Below, in pieces: positions 9,621-18,879 of a stretch of 31,154 bases of DNA; the stretch's first letter is position 1; the number at the start of each line of letters is the position of its first letter. A program made the translations under genes and the position numbers. A model generated the notes under the pieces. The model made no database searches. It worked only from the letters and a program-made list of their open reading frames with translations, and had not been told where the DNA came from. Source of the stretch: Candidatus Hydrothermarchaeales archaeon (lineage in GTDB: Archaea; Hydrothermarchaeota; Hydrothermarchaeia; Hydrothermarchaeales; SZUA-236); NCBI GenBank assembly GCA_046759365.1, contig JBHICB010000001.1, positions 1 to 31,154 of the forward strand, given 5' to 3'.

Positions 9621-11846
9621 TCAGAGCATTCCCCCCACCTTTGTGGCCGCAAGGGGGGCTGTCTTTTCCATTTCTCTTAATATCGAGCCTTCATATTTTT
9701 TTAAGTCCGCCAATCCCTGGTCTGCTATAGCATATACCTCGTCTTTAGGCTGGTTTGTATCTGAATTGTACCAATCCGTTGTCAATGTTATTACATAAGC
9801 AAATCTTTTTGTTCTCCATGAACGGGGATCAAGTGGATCCTCAGGGCATATAAGTCCATACTTTATACAAATAAGAAGCATTGAATCGTAATATTGGAAA
9901 GTCTCGTCGTCGTAGAAGAACGCTTCTTTGTTGACAGTCTCTGTTGTAAAGGCAGTTATTTTCGTTGGCTTCTCCACGCCAATTATATATTCGTTGACGA
10001 CCTGTTCGCCATATACCCCTAAAGAGTCATCAAACCGAAACTTACCTTCAGGAAGGGAAAAGATGATAGCTCCGCCGAATTTATCGCCTAGAAGCTTATG
10101 TGTTGGAAATTGTTTGGCGAAAGTTGCCGAGCCGTCGTGCCATACCTTTCTTCCTTTGAATGAGACCGTCTGTACTTCATAATAAGGCTTCCACCGTTCT
10201 GCGTTTAAGTGATCCAGGTCTCCTCCTTTTAACACCGCAGAGTCGTATTTTCCTATTAACACCCATGACTTTATGATCTCCTCTGGATTTTTAAACCATA
10301 CTGGGTCTTTTACAATACCCAGGCTCTGGAGGTTGTTGAATTCGTTTGCATCGATGAAATAGGGTTTGTCAGCAAAGATCCCAAACATCACCTCTGCCTC
10401 TGCATCATACCCTTTTGTAGCATCGGCTACAAAATAGTCCCAGCCTTCAGTGGCCACCAAGAGGAATCCATTCTCCTTATCTTCTATCAGGAGTTGATTT
10501 CTGCCTATCCCGTCCGGATCATCCTTCGCAGTTGAGGAGAACGCACCGGCATTTTCGCCGCTATAATCGGTATATCCGATATCAGAGCCTGTTAGGATGT
10601 CTGCACGATTCTCGACCTTGTCATTGTATACAAGTAAGTCCATCTCATTTATCTTATCAAATAACAGGTAGTAGCTGTGATCTAGATTGACCTTGATTTT
10701 GTAAAATGGATTCTCCATCTCCAGCCAGCCCTTTTGTGGGGCCTCTTCATTTATCAAAGGCTCCCATACCTTGATGTACGCCTTCACCTCTTTTCCGTTT
10801 ACATCAACTGTCTTGTCCATGAGCAGATCGTATATCAGTCCACGAGTAAGTATCTTTAGAACTATGGATCGGCTGGTGCTCTTCCCTTTGCTGTCTGTAC
10901 CTTCTAAAGTTATGGTATGATCTCCCACAGATAGGACATCGGTGCTAAAGGAGTTACCCGTCCCCAAATCACCATCTATACTCGACTGCCAATGCATAGA
11001 GGCATCGGGCAGAACCTCGTCCTCCTTATCCTCGCTCGTACCGACAAAGGTTATCGCCTGGCCGTATGATACTTCAAGGTTGTTAGGGGGTTCTTGAATC
11101 TCCACTTTTGGAGGATCATTTATCAGCCTACCTACAACAACTTCTTCAATAACGCCACCAAATGCAGCGAAAGCAATGAACGTCATGGCAGATATCACAA
11201 TAGCTACAAGTCTCCCCCTGCCACCAACCTTTTCGGCGAGGATATCGTCAAACCTGAATCTGCCCGTATATCCCTTCTTCTCTATCGCCTTTTGGATGAA
11301 GGCCATGTCATCCTTGCTTAGACGGTACTGGGTTTCCAGTTGCCCTACAACCGCCAATTTGAGCTCATCCAGGCTCTTGAATTCTTTCTCGTTCAATAGC
11401 TTATCGATGACACCTTTGACAACAAAGTCATCGACCTGCCTGCCTTCTGGTGTTATTTTGAATAGTCTCTCTTTCGTGCCAGAGACAGCTTTGGCTATCC
11501 TGGATCTTGCGGGCTCATGAAAAATAATTCCTTTTTCTGCCTTCTCCTCAGGTGGAGGGAGTTCTTCTTTTACTGGAGGAGCTGCTTCTAACGCCTCTTT
11601 TTCAATCTTTTCTACTTCAGGTATCTTCTCAGGTTCGAAAGTGGGCGCCTTTTTGGGCACTGGGGGTCTTTCGACAGCTTCCTTTACTGCAGCATATTCT
11701 CTTAAGTCTGAACCGCAGTGCATGCAGAACTTCGAGTCAAACTCTATGATATCGCCGCAATTGGAGCAGTAACCTATCTTAACTCCACAATGCCTGCAGA
11801 ATTTGGAAATATCTGATATCTGTTCCCTGCATCGAGGGCAGAACAT
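9621..11846 (-). CDS. Double zinc-ribbon single-pass membrane protein with a PKD/Ig-like domain and a large unknown C-terminal domain
   Basis: CPRC/CRHC/CSNC/CMHC at the N-terminus, a P/E/K-rich linker, and a hydrophobic helix LVAIVISAMTFIAFAAFGG (~11150-11210). Ig-like segment NDPPKVEI...WQSSIDGDLGTG...GDHTITLEGTDSKG. Confidence 0.8.
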   Translation of the reverse strand: MFCPRCREQISDISKFCRHCGVKIGYCSNCGDIIEFDSKFCMHCGSDLREYAAVKEAVERPPVPKKAPTFEPEKIPEVEKIEKEALEAAPPVKEELPPPEEKAEKGIIFHEPARSRIAKAVSGTKERLFKITPEGRQVDDFVVKGVIDKLLNEKEFKSLDELKLAVVGQLETQYRLSKDDMAFIQKAIEKKGYTGRFRFDDILAEKVGGRGRLVAIVISAMTFIAFAAFGGVIEEVVVGRLINDPPKVEIQEPPNNLEVSYGQAITFVGTSEDKEDEVLPDASMHWQSSIDGDLGTGNSFSTDVLSVGDHTITLEGTDSKGKSTSRSIVLKILTRGLIYDLLMDKTVDVNGKEVKAYIKVWEPLINEEAPQKGWLEMENPFYKIKVNLDHSYYLLFDKINEMDLLVYNDKVENRADILTGSDIGYTDYSGENAGAFSSTAKDDPDGIGRNQLLIEDKENGFLLVATEGWDYFVADATKGYDAEAEVMFGIFADKPYFIDANEFNNLQSLGIVKDPVWFKNPEEIIKSWVLIGKYDSAVLKGGDLDHLNAERWKPYYEVQTVSFKGRKVWHDGSATFAKQFPTHKLLGDKFGGAIIFSLPEGKFRFDDSLGVYGEQVVNEYIIGVEKPTKITAFTTETVNKEAFFYDDETFQYYDSMLLICIKYGLICPEDPLDPRSWRTKRFAYVITLTTDWYNSDTNQPKDEVYAIADQGLADLKKYEGSILREMEKTAPLAATKVGGML

Positions 11847-12127
11847 GAAGGCACCTCTTATCCTTTGTGATAGAGAATATTTGTCGTTGAGTTATTTAAA
11901 TATTTTTAAAAATAACAAGAAAAGGCTAATGTCCCTCCTATCTGTGACATCTTCAACAAGCAAGCTTTCGTTGATTACGTGTATGCCCTGAGAAAAGACA
12001 CTTTATCAAATTTACGTCAAAGCGGTATCATCAACTCATCCTTAATTAGATCGCTTCAAATCAAAAAAGTAAAAGCCAAAAAACTTCAGATACTTTTAAA
12101 AAGGATTACCCATAATTTGAAACAGCG

Positions 12128-12168
12128 TTTATATATAAAGCCCTTAAACCGCAGACGGAGGTTGGTGA
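12128..12168 (+). promoter_or_regulatory. tbp TATA box and RBS
   Basis: TTTATATA at 12128-12135; GGAGGT at 12157-12162 and GGTGA at 12164-12168 before ATG 12169. Confidence 0.65.
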
Positions 12169-12795
12169 ATGGCAGATCCAAAGATTAACGATCCGAATAT
12201 TAAGATTGAGAATGTTGTTGCTTCTACTGCTTTAACTAAAAAGAAAATGGACGAAAATGGCAATGTGTTAAAGGATGAAAACGGTGACCCCATCTATACA
12301 CAGGCCGAGGTCGATTTAGAAAGTGTCGCTGTCGCTTTAAGCAACGTTGAATACGAGCCCGAACAGTTCCCGGGCCTGGTATTTCACCTTGATAAACCCA
12401 AGACAGCTGCTCTAATATTCGGCTCAGGAAAGATCGTCTGCACAGGGGCAAAGAGTATCGATGAGGTCAAAGAGGCCATCAACATCACTGTTGACAAAAT
12501 CAGAAACGCTGGGACCGATATACCTGAGGATCCGGTTGTTGTGGTCCAGAACATAGTTGCAAGCGCAAACCTGCATGCAGAATTAAACCTGGACGCAATA
12601 GCAATAGGGCTTGATGGCACAGAATATGAACCGGAGCAGTTTCCCGGTCTAGTCTACAGGATGACAGACCCCAAGGTAGTTTTACTTTTGTTCGGCTCAG
12701 GAAAGATCGTCTGCACAGGGGCAAAAAAGCCATCGGACGTTGGAAGGGCAGTTGAAAACGTTTCCAAAAAGTTAGGTGAGTTGGGATTGCTTTGA
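12169..12795 (+). CDS. tbp: TATA-binding protein with a 22-aa insertion in repeat 1
   Basis: Two repeats of N(V/I)VAS...YEPEQFPGLV...FGSGKIVCTGAK. Confidence 0.98.
   Translation: MADPKINDPNIKIENVVASTALTKKKMDENGNVLKDENGDPIYTQAEVDLESVAVALSNVEYEPEQFPGLVFHLDKPKTAALIFGSGKIVCTGAKSIDEVKEAINITVDKIRNAGTDIPEDPVVVVQNIVASANLHAELNLDAIAIGLDGTEYEPEQFPGLVYRMTDPKVVLLLFGSGKIVCTGAKKPSDVGRAVENVSKKLGELGLL
12418..12725 (+). repeat. 35-bp exact direct repeat between the TBP halves (12418-12452 and 12691-12725)
   Basis: TTCGGCTCAGGAAAGATCGTCTGCACAGGGGCAAA occurs twice, 273 nt apart. Confidence 0.95.
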
Positions 12796-13505
12796 ACACA
12801 GCACTGTTCTACGAAACATTAGGCAAGATCTCATTTGCATTAATAATAGCGGTAGCATTATTGTTTTTGCTATCAACAGTTTTGGGGATTATATTGATAA
12901 AAAAGCACAAGATTATCCTACCAAGAGTCCTGCTCTTTACCATAGATACCTTTTACCTTCAGGTTAAAAGGCTCGCCAATATGTTTGGTGTGGGAGAGAA
13001 GGTAGTGGACTATATAGGCATTCAGATTAGAAACAACATATACGCCAATAGATTTGCCGACATCGACGTTAAGGACCGCATCCTCGTGGTTCCGCAGTGC
13101 TTAAGGCATTTGAAATGTCCTGCACGCCTTGATCCCAACTTGGGAGTTACATGCAAAGAGTGCGGTATGTGCGTTATTAATGACCTAAAACAAGAATCTG
13201 AGAGGCTTGGCTATAGATTCTATGTGGTCCCTGGCGGCACCTTTGTAGAACGCATAGTTAAGGCGGTAAAACCCAAGGCGGCCTTTGGTGTTGCCTGCCA
13301 CAGGGATTTAAACATGGCTATGCACGGCCTCTCTACTTGGAAATGCATTGTTCAGGGCCCGCCTTTAATAAAGGACGGATGCGTCCAGACCGAGGTCGAT
13401 CTAGAAGAACTCTTCAAGAGGATGAGGCTTGGCATTGAAGAGATTCTGCCTGAAGTGGACATCCAATGTCCAGGTGATAAGGACACCTTGAAAACCTCTT
13501 CGTAA
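12792..13505 (+). CDS. DUF116-family protein (N-terminal TM helix, Cys-rich)
   Basis: PQCLR...CPA...CKECGMC...VPGGT...GVACHRDL. TTG start overlaps the tbp stop. Confidence 0.85.
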   Translation: MNTALFYETLGKISFALIIAVALLFLLSTVLGIILIKKHKIILPRVLLFTIDTFYLQVKRLANMFGVGEKVVDYIGIQIRNNIYANRFADIDVKDRILVVPQCLRHLKCPARLDPNLGVTCKECGMCVINDLKQESERLGYRFYVVPGGTFVERIVKAVKPKAAFGVACHRDLNMAMHGLSTWKCIVQGPPLIKDGCVQTEVDLEELFKRMRLGIEEILPEVDIQCPGDKDTLKTSS

Positions 13506-13516
13506 AGGCCTTTACA

Positions 13517-14365
13517 ATGCCCCCCCAGTTTGTCGACAATCACATGCATATCGATCCAATAAATGGGGAAGGGATAAGGGCTGTAAAAAAGTTTCAAAAC
13601 TCAGGCGGCGGCTACATCTTTCTGGTCACTAAATTCACCGCCAGTTGGAATATCCTACTTAAAGATGAGGAGAGTTTTAAAAGGCTTTTTCAAAACACTA
13701 TTTTCCTGGCAGATGAAATAAACGATAAAACCGAAGTTAAGGCCTTTCCGGTAATAGGGGTGCATCCAGCAGAATTTGCACATATGTGCAAGACATTCTC
13801 CACAGATAAGGCATTGGAAATAGGCAAAAAAGCCATGGACATTGCTTGCAGATATATTAGGGAGGGCCAAGCTGTGGCTATAGGAGAAGTAGGAAGGCCC
13901 CACTACGAAGTGGAAGAAGTGGTATTAAGCGCATGCATGGAACTGCTTAGATACACATTTAAATTGACAAAAGACTTAGACTGCGCAATTCAGTTACACA
14001 CAGAGAGTTCAACGCCCGAACACTTCGAGGAATTCAACAAGCTGGCAACGACTTATGGAGTCAGACCCTCGAAGGTGGTCAAACATTATTCCCCGCCTCT
14101 TATAAAAGTCGGAGAAAAATTCGGCATTTTTCCTTCGCTTATTGCTTCTAAAGAAAATATCTCGCATGCTATAAAAGAAGGAAATCGATTCCTAATGGAG
14201 TCCGACTACATAGATGATTTAAAAAGGCCAGGAGCAGTTGTAGGCCCGAAGAGTGTTCCAAGGGTAAGCCAAAGGTTATATGAGGAAGAGATATTGACTG
14301 AAGAGGACCTATGGAAAATACACAAAGACAACGTTGAAAAAGTCTATGGCGTAAGCTTGGACTAG
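13517..14365 (+). CDS. TatD-related metal-dependent hydrolase
   Basis: DNHMH, GVHP, AIGEVGRPHY, QLHTE, VVKHY, ESDYIDD. Confidence 0.9.
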   Translation: MPPQFVDNHMHIDPINGEGIRAVKKFQNSGGGYIFLVTKFTASWNILLKDEESFKRLFQNTIFLADEINDKTEVKAFPVIGVHPAEFAHMCKTFSTDKALEIGKKAMDIACRYIREGQAVAIGEVGRPHYEVEEVVLSACMELLRYTFKLTKDLDCAIQLHTESSTPEHFEEFNKLATTYGVRPSKVVKHYSPPLIKVGEKFGIFPSLIASKENISHAIKEGNRFLMESDYIDDLKRPGAVVGPKSVPRVSQRLYEEEILTEEDLWKIHKDNVEKVYGVSLD

Positions 14366-14550
14366 TCTTTTTTATATCTGTACTTGTCACCTTCATCTAT
14401 GGCTATCTTCCCCTCATATAAGAGGCCGACAACACATTTTTCAACCAAGACTTGATCGTACCCGCAGAGATCGGCTATCTCCACAACATCCAAACTGAGG
14501 GGATGTATATTCTTGAGGATGTCTAGGACCATCTCGTCGATCTTTCTCAT
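14362..14550 (-). CDS. Small winged-helix protein
   Basis: 62 aa with a helix-turn-helix-wing pattern (LDVVEIADLCG...LLYEGKI...KYRY). GGTAGA lies upstream of the ATG. Confidence 0.6.
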   Translation of the reverse strand: MRKIDEMVLDILKNIHPLSLDVVEIADLCGYDQVLVEKCVVGLLYEGKIAIDEGDKYRYKKD

Positions 14551-14573
14551 ATCTACCAGTTTTACTCAAATGC

Positions 14574-14687
14574 TCAATGTATGGCAGCCGCTACGACTAA
14601 GGATATGCCCAGGATAACGCCAAAGAGTATGAGGGCAACCGCCATATTTCCTTTTTTAAGCTCTTCAACCTCGTCTATATCCTCTCT
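14574..14687 (-). pseudogene. 3' remnant of a DUF350-like membrane protein gene
   Basis: Reads REDIDEVEELKKGNMAVALILFGVILGISLVVAAAIH* and is preceded by in-frame stops. It matches the IDExxELxKGNxAVA plus TM-helix pattern as I recall it for DUF350. Confidence 0.6.
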
Positions 14688-15184
14688 TTACTAGAAACAA
14701 TTTTTGATATTTTCGACCCGCATATGTTGCATTCTTCATTGTCATAATCCAAACTAAATTCCTTGCCGCATGCTTTGCAGACAATCTTCCAGGTAAATAC
14801 TTCCTTTATCCCTCTTTCTAACATGGGTTGAAAGATGATACTAAGATCCCTTGACAGGTTTTGGACATCGTAATCATCAGATACGACGATTGGTTCTTCC
14901 TCCTTCTTTTTAAAATCCAAAGCCAAGGAGATGACTTTGAAATCTGTGCTTGAAACATGCATATAGTCCCCTGTCTCTTTTGATCGTGATATTACCTGCC
15001 TTAGACTTTCACTTGAAGGCTTTAAGATTTTCAGGCTATGGCCCAAGTCCAAATCCAACAACAGACGCGACCTATCATCCTTTACTTCATCGACCACTTC
15101 TTGAATGGTATAATTCTGATGTTTCGGAGATGGGCGAAATCCCCCTATTATTGCTGAGGTATCCAGAATAAAGATCTCAGACAT
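14675..15184 (-). CDS. nob1: Nob1-like PIN endonuclease with C-terminal zinc ribbon
   Basis: ILDTSAII, SSTDFKVI, SDDYDVQN, CKACG...CNICG. ATG 15184 follows a GAGGAGG RBS. Confidence 0.9.
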   Translation of the reverse strand: MSEIFILDTSAIIGGFRPSPKHQNYTIQEVVDEVKDDRSRLLLDLDLGHSLKILKPSSESLRQVISRSKETGDYMHVSSTDFKVISLALDFKKKEEEPIVVSDDYDVQNLSRDLSIIFQPMLERGIKEVFTWKIVCKACGKEFSLDYDNEECNICGSKISKIVSSKERI

Positions 15185-15207
15185 AATCTCCTCCTCTTGC
15201 CCTGGCA

Positions 15208-16026
15208 CTATCTCTCCAGCCTATCCTTTACACGGTCGTAGAAGTCTTTCTCCAGTTTTATAAATGAGGTCTTCTTTTCAGAAAGTCCAAATGTTATTAC
15301 ATCTTCAAAAGAGAGTTCTTTTCTCAACTCCCCATCTATCACCAGCATGGCCTCTTTTTTGGGCTTAACCAGCCTTACCGATACGTTAGAATTACTGGGA
15401 ACAACCATCGACCTAGCGCCCAATTTAAAAGGACAAATAGAAGTGATTATAAACGCATTTACCCTCGGGTCTACAATAGGCCCTCCAGCAGACATAGAAT
15501 AGGCGGTGGACCCCGTAGGGGTTGAGATAATTATGCCGTCAGACCTAACAACCTCTGCCACTTCATCGTCAACTTTTATCTCCAGATGAAGCATCTCAAC
15601 AGGTAGGGAAGACTTCACAACAGCCTCATTTAGGGCGTCCACTATTTTATCGCCATTAACTTTAACGCGAATTTTGGACCTTTCTTCAATGGAAAATTCG
15701 TTTTTTAATATCCTTTCCAAGGCATCCTTCCAGTCCTTATGTCCTACCTCAGTCAAGAAACCTGTAGACCCAAAATTTATACCAAAGATCGGTAGTTTTC
15801 CACCAAGCTTTGATTCTGTCCATAATATGGTTCCGTCTCCGCCAAGGACAAGGACAAAATCAGCATCTGCGTCTTTTAACTCAACCGTATTTTCAACTCC
15901 GAGTTTTGCAGCAGTTATCCTATCAAAACACACATCCCCCCCTTTTGATTTAAGAAAGTCCCTTATCTCCTTTGAGAGATTCATGGCATTTTCGTGCCCC
16001 TCTTTGGCTACGATCAAGACCCTCAT
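15208..16026 (-). CDS. nadK: NAD(+) kinase
   Basis: LGGDGTIL, LNEAVV, DGIIISTPTGSTAYSMSAGGP. Confidence 0.96.
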   Translation of the reverse strand: MRVLIVAKEGHENAMNLSKEIRDFLKSKGGDVCFDRITAAKLGVENTVELKDADADFVLVLGGDGTILWTESKLGGKLPIFGINFGSTGFLTEVGHKDWKDALERILKNEFSIEERSKIRVKVNGDKIVDALNEAVVKSSLPVEMLHLEIKVDDEVAEVVRSDGIIISTPTGSTAYSMSAGGPIVDPRVNAFIITSICPFKLGARSMVVPSNSNVSVRLVKPKKEAMLVIDGELRKELSFEDVITFGLSEKKTSFIKLEKDFYDRVKDRLER

Positions 16027-16027
16027 T

Positions 16028-16828
16028 TCAGTACCTCAATAACGATAAAACACTTTCATGAACTTTCTCATTGGCGGCCGCGATGATTTCAACTCTATCA
16101 AGGGTTTGTAAGCCATAGTTTAAAATCTTTCCTTCACTGTCCGATACTATCCCTCCTGACTCTTCGACTATTATCTTTCCGGCTGCTATATCAGTTACCT
16201 TCAAAAGATGCCGCAGGTCTATCATTCCCTCATAACCCCCGTTTGCAACATAACAAAGTTCAAGTGCCACACTACCGAGGCACCGAATCCTCTTTGTCTT
16301 TTTTATCAGAGCTTCAACAGTCCGCAATTCTCCTGGTTTTATATATAAGGAGAGAGTGGACTTCTCGATCTCTTCTGTAGTTGATACGGAGATCTCTTTT
16401 CCGTTCATCATCGCTGCTCCCCTTTTTTCGGCTTTAAAGGTGTTGCTGTTAAAAAGGTCCATGACCAGACCATATTTGATGTCTTTTAATGTTGCATCCT
16501 CCTTATACGGCGCAAAGGCGATGGAAGTATTGTAAATTGGGATATTCTTTGTCGCATTTAATGTTCCATCCACCGGATCAAGAACGCAGATATATTCAGG
16601 GTCTTCACCCAAAGATACTCTTCCTATCTCCTCACTTAAGACAACCATCGGGATTTCAGTAGATTTTAGGAATCCCAGAGCAGCTTTTTCGGCAATATCA
16701 TCAATCCTCTTTGTTGGCGTGCCGTCAGCGCCTTTATAAAGGACATCAGCTGACTCTTTATGGCCCATAAAAGGCTTAATTGAGCGTTGTATTTCCAAAG
16801 CCAGATCCTCAGAAAGTCCCAACATCAT
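16028..16828 (-). CDS. suhB: Inositol monophosphatase / FBPase / NADP-phosphatase family protein
   Basis: SEE, LDPVDGT, GSVALELCYVA, DIAAG. Start uncertain (16828 or 16825). Confidence 0.88.
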   Translation of the reverse strand: MMLGLSEDLALEIQRSIKPFMGHKESADVLYKGADGTPTKRIDDIAEKAALGFLKSTEIPMVVLSEEIGRVSLGEDPEYICVLDPVDGTLNATKNIPIYNTSIAFAPYKEDATLKDIKYGLVMDLFNSNTFKAEKRGAAMMNGKEISVSTTEEIEKSTLSLYIKPGELRTVEALIKKTKRIRCLGSVALELCYVANGGYEGMIDLRHLLKVTDIAAGKIIVEESGGIVSDSEGKILNYGLQTLDRVEIIAAANEKVHESVLSLLRY

Positions 16829-17028
16829 AATACCTTCGTGTTTTTTGATATAATAATACGAATACACTTCTGAAAAGATAACCAGAACCTAAAAATTTAT
16901 CTATGATTGCGTAGCTTCTGAATTGAATTTAAAAAAAATGTACTATGTTTAATAATAAGATTGGAAATGAAGAGCAGACAATTTATGCCAAAAAGACGAC
17001 AGTACAAGTAATATATGGAGGTATCATA

Positions 17029-17418
17029 GTGGCCACAAAGATCGCAGCAGTTAGAACATTAAAAGTAGGAAGACACATCATCATCGATGGCGAGCCTTGC
17101 AAGATCGTAAGTTACCAGACCGCAAAGACAGGAAAACACGGCTCTGCTAAAGCCCGTATTGAGGCGATGGGTATTTTGGACAATAAGAGGAGGAGCTTGG
17201 TAAAGCCAGTTGACGCAAAGATCGAGGTACCGATGATTGAAAGAAAATCCGCCCAGATAAACTACAAAACCGGCAATACCCTGGGATTAATGGACCTTGA
17301 GACCTATGAAACTTTTGATGTGTCTATACCAACTGACGTCGAAGGCGAATTTATTGAGGGTGGGGAGGTCGAGTATATTGAAGCGATGGGTAGAAAAAAG
17401 ATCGTTAGGGTGAGATAA
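17029..17418 (+). CDS. eif5a: Translation factor aIF5A
   Basis: KTGKHGSAK hypusine motif. GTG 17029 follows a GGAGGT RBS, so the ORF-track start at 16945 is too long. Confidence 0.96.
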   Translation: MATKIAAVRTLKVGRHIIIDGEPCKIVSYQTAKTGKHGSAKARIEAMGILDNKRRSLVKPVDAKIEVPMIERKSAQINYKTGNTLGLMDLETYETFDVSIPTDVEGEFIEGGEVEYIEAMGRKKIVRVR

Positions 17419-17423
17419 ATACT

Positions 17424-18275
17424 ATGTATGTAGCTCCTCTAACCTTTGCACGAAGGGAATTGGAGATAGATAAAGCAGAATATGCCATCATCGGCATACC
17501 TTATGACAGCAGCCAATCCTTCCGGGTGGGTTCAAGGCTTGCCCCAAACGCGATAAGGGAGGCTTCCAGAGAAATAGAAGATTACGACTTCGAGGATAAA
17601 AAAGACCTTATGAGATTGAGGATATGCGACCTCGGTAATGTCGATGTTTCGTACGGAAATTTTAAGGAGACTTGCTCCAGGGTTAACGATACACTAAAAG
17701 ACGTTTTATCTAAAAATGTTATTCCTGTTTCCTTAGGGGGAGAGCACACGATATCTTACTCTGTGATAAGATGTCTGCCAAAGGATATTTTTTACCTGGT
17801 CTTGGATGCACATCTAGATTTTAGGAACGAGTATCTTGGAGAAAAGTTTTCGCATGCCTGTGTTAATAGAAGAATTTTTGGACACCTAAAAGAAGATAAC
17901 GTTCTCGTGGTCGGTGTAAGGAGTGCCTCAAAAGAGGAGCTTCATGACGCAAACAAGGAGCGCCTGGATTTTATCAGCTACTTGGATTTTGAAAAGGATA
18001 AAGAGTCGGTTTATAAAAGAATTTCAGATAAAATTGAAGGCAGAAATGTCTATTTATCGCTTGATATGGACGCCCTTGATCCCAAGGAGGCACCAGGTGT
18101 CTGTAACCCTGAGCCTTCTGGTTTTGGATTTAGAGATGTTGTCCATTTATCCCGGCTTGTTAGAAATTCTAAATTAATCGGAGCAGATATAACAGAAATA
18201 ACTCCCCTTTACGACAATTATACCCCAGTCCTGGCTTCAAAAATCATATTCAAGATTCTCCAGTCGAACCACTAG
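17424..18275 (+). CDS. speB: Agmatinase (ureohydrolase family)
   Basis: GGEHTIS, DAHLD, SHAC, DMDALDP..APG. Confidence 0.92.
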   Translation: MYVAPLTFARRELEIDKAEYAIIGIPYDSSQSFRVGSRLAPNAIREASREIEDYDFEDKKDLMRLRICDLGNVDVSYGNFKETCSRVNDTLKDVLSKNVIPVSLGGEHTISYSVIRCLPKDIFYLVLDAHLDFRNEYLGEKFSHACVNRRIFGHLKEDNVLVVGVRSASKEELHDANKERLDFISYLDFEKDKESVYKRISDKIEGRNVYLSLDMDALDPKEAPGVCNPEPSGFGFRDVVHLSRLVRNSKLIGADITEITPLYDNYTPVLASKIIFKILQSNH

Positions 18276-18402
18276 ACATAAATGAACTGGACCTTGTATG
18301 ATCAAAAGGTAGATTAATTTAAAAAAGCAAAACCAAAAGCCGAGGTGAAGCCTTATTACAACAATAAAAACAATAAACGAATATTCTTCGGAGGAAAAAG
18401 AT

Positions 18403-18879
18403 TTGAAAAAAGAACCAGTAAAAGTGGGAGCGGACACTCGCCCGACTTGGGATCAATATTTTGCCAAGATAGTTGAGGACGCAGCCAGGAGATCTACATG
18501 TATCAGGAGGCAGTTCGGTGCTCTTGTCGTCAATCACAAGCATGAGATCGTCTCCACAGGATTCAACGGCGTTGTCAGAGGGGCTCCTCATTGTGTGGAC
18601 ATCGGTTGTATAAAAGATGAGATGGAGATAGAGAGCGGGATGGGACATGGGATATGCCCTGCGGTTCACGCTGAGATGAATGCATTGATACAGGCAGGTA
18701 GGCAGAGTGTGGGTTGCACTTTGTATGTCAACGGCTTCCCATGCAAGATATGTGCCCGGTTGATAGTGAACTCGGGCATTAAACGTGTTGTAATAAGTGG
18801 CGATTATTCTGATGAAGAAGGTCTTAAAATATTAGAAAACGCCAATGTCAAAGTTGCCCATTTAGAGGTAAAGGAATGA
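18403..18879 (+). CDS. dCMP deaminase (ComEB-like)
   Basis: RPTWDQYF, RSTCIRRQFGA, HAEMNAL, PCKIC. TTG start. Confidence 0.92.
   Translation: MKKEPVKVGADTRPTWDQYFAKIVEDAARRSTCIRRQFGALVVNHKHEIVSTGFNGVVRGAPHCVDIGCIKDEMEIESGMGHGICPAVHAEMNALIQAGRQSVGCTLYVNGFPCKICARLIVNSGIKRVVISGDYSDEEGLKILENANVKVAHLEVKE

Noticed and set aside
11916-12188. Open frame of about 90 codons upstream of tbp (track ORF 11979-12188)
   Set aside because: No convincing start, runs through the tbp TATA box and RBS, and shows no recognisable motif.
12235-12300. TBP insertion as an intein or retained intron
   Set aside because: Too short, no Cys/Ser start or His-Asn end, and no complementary ends or BHB motif.
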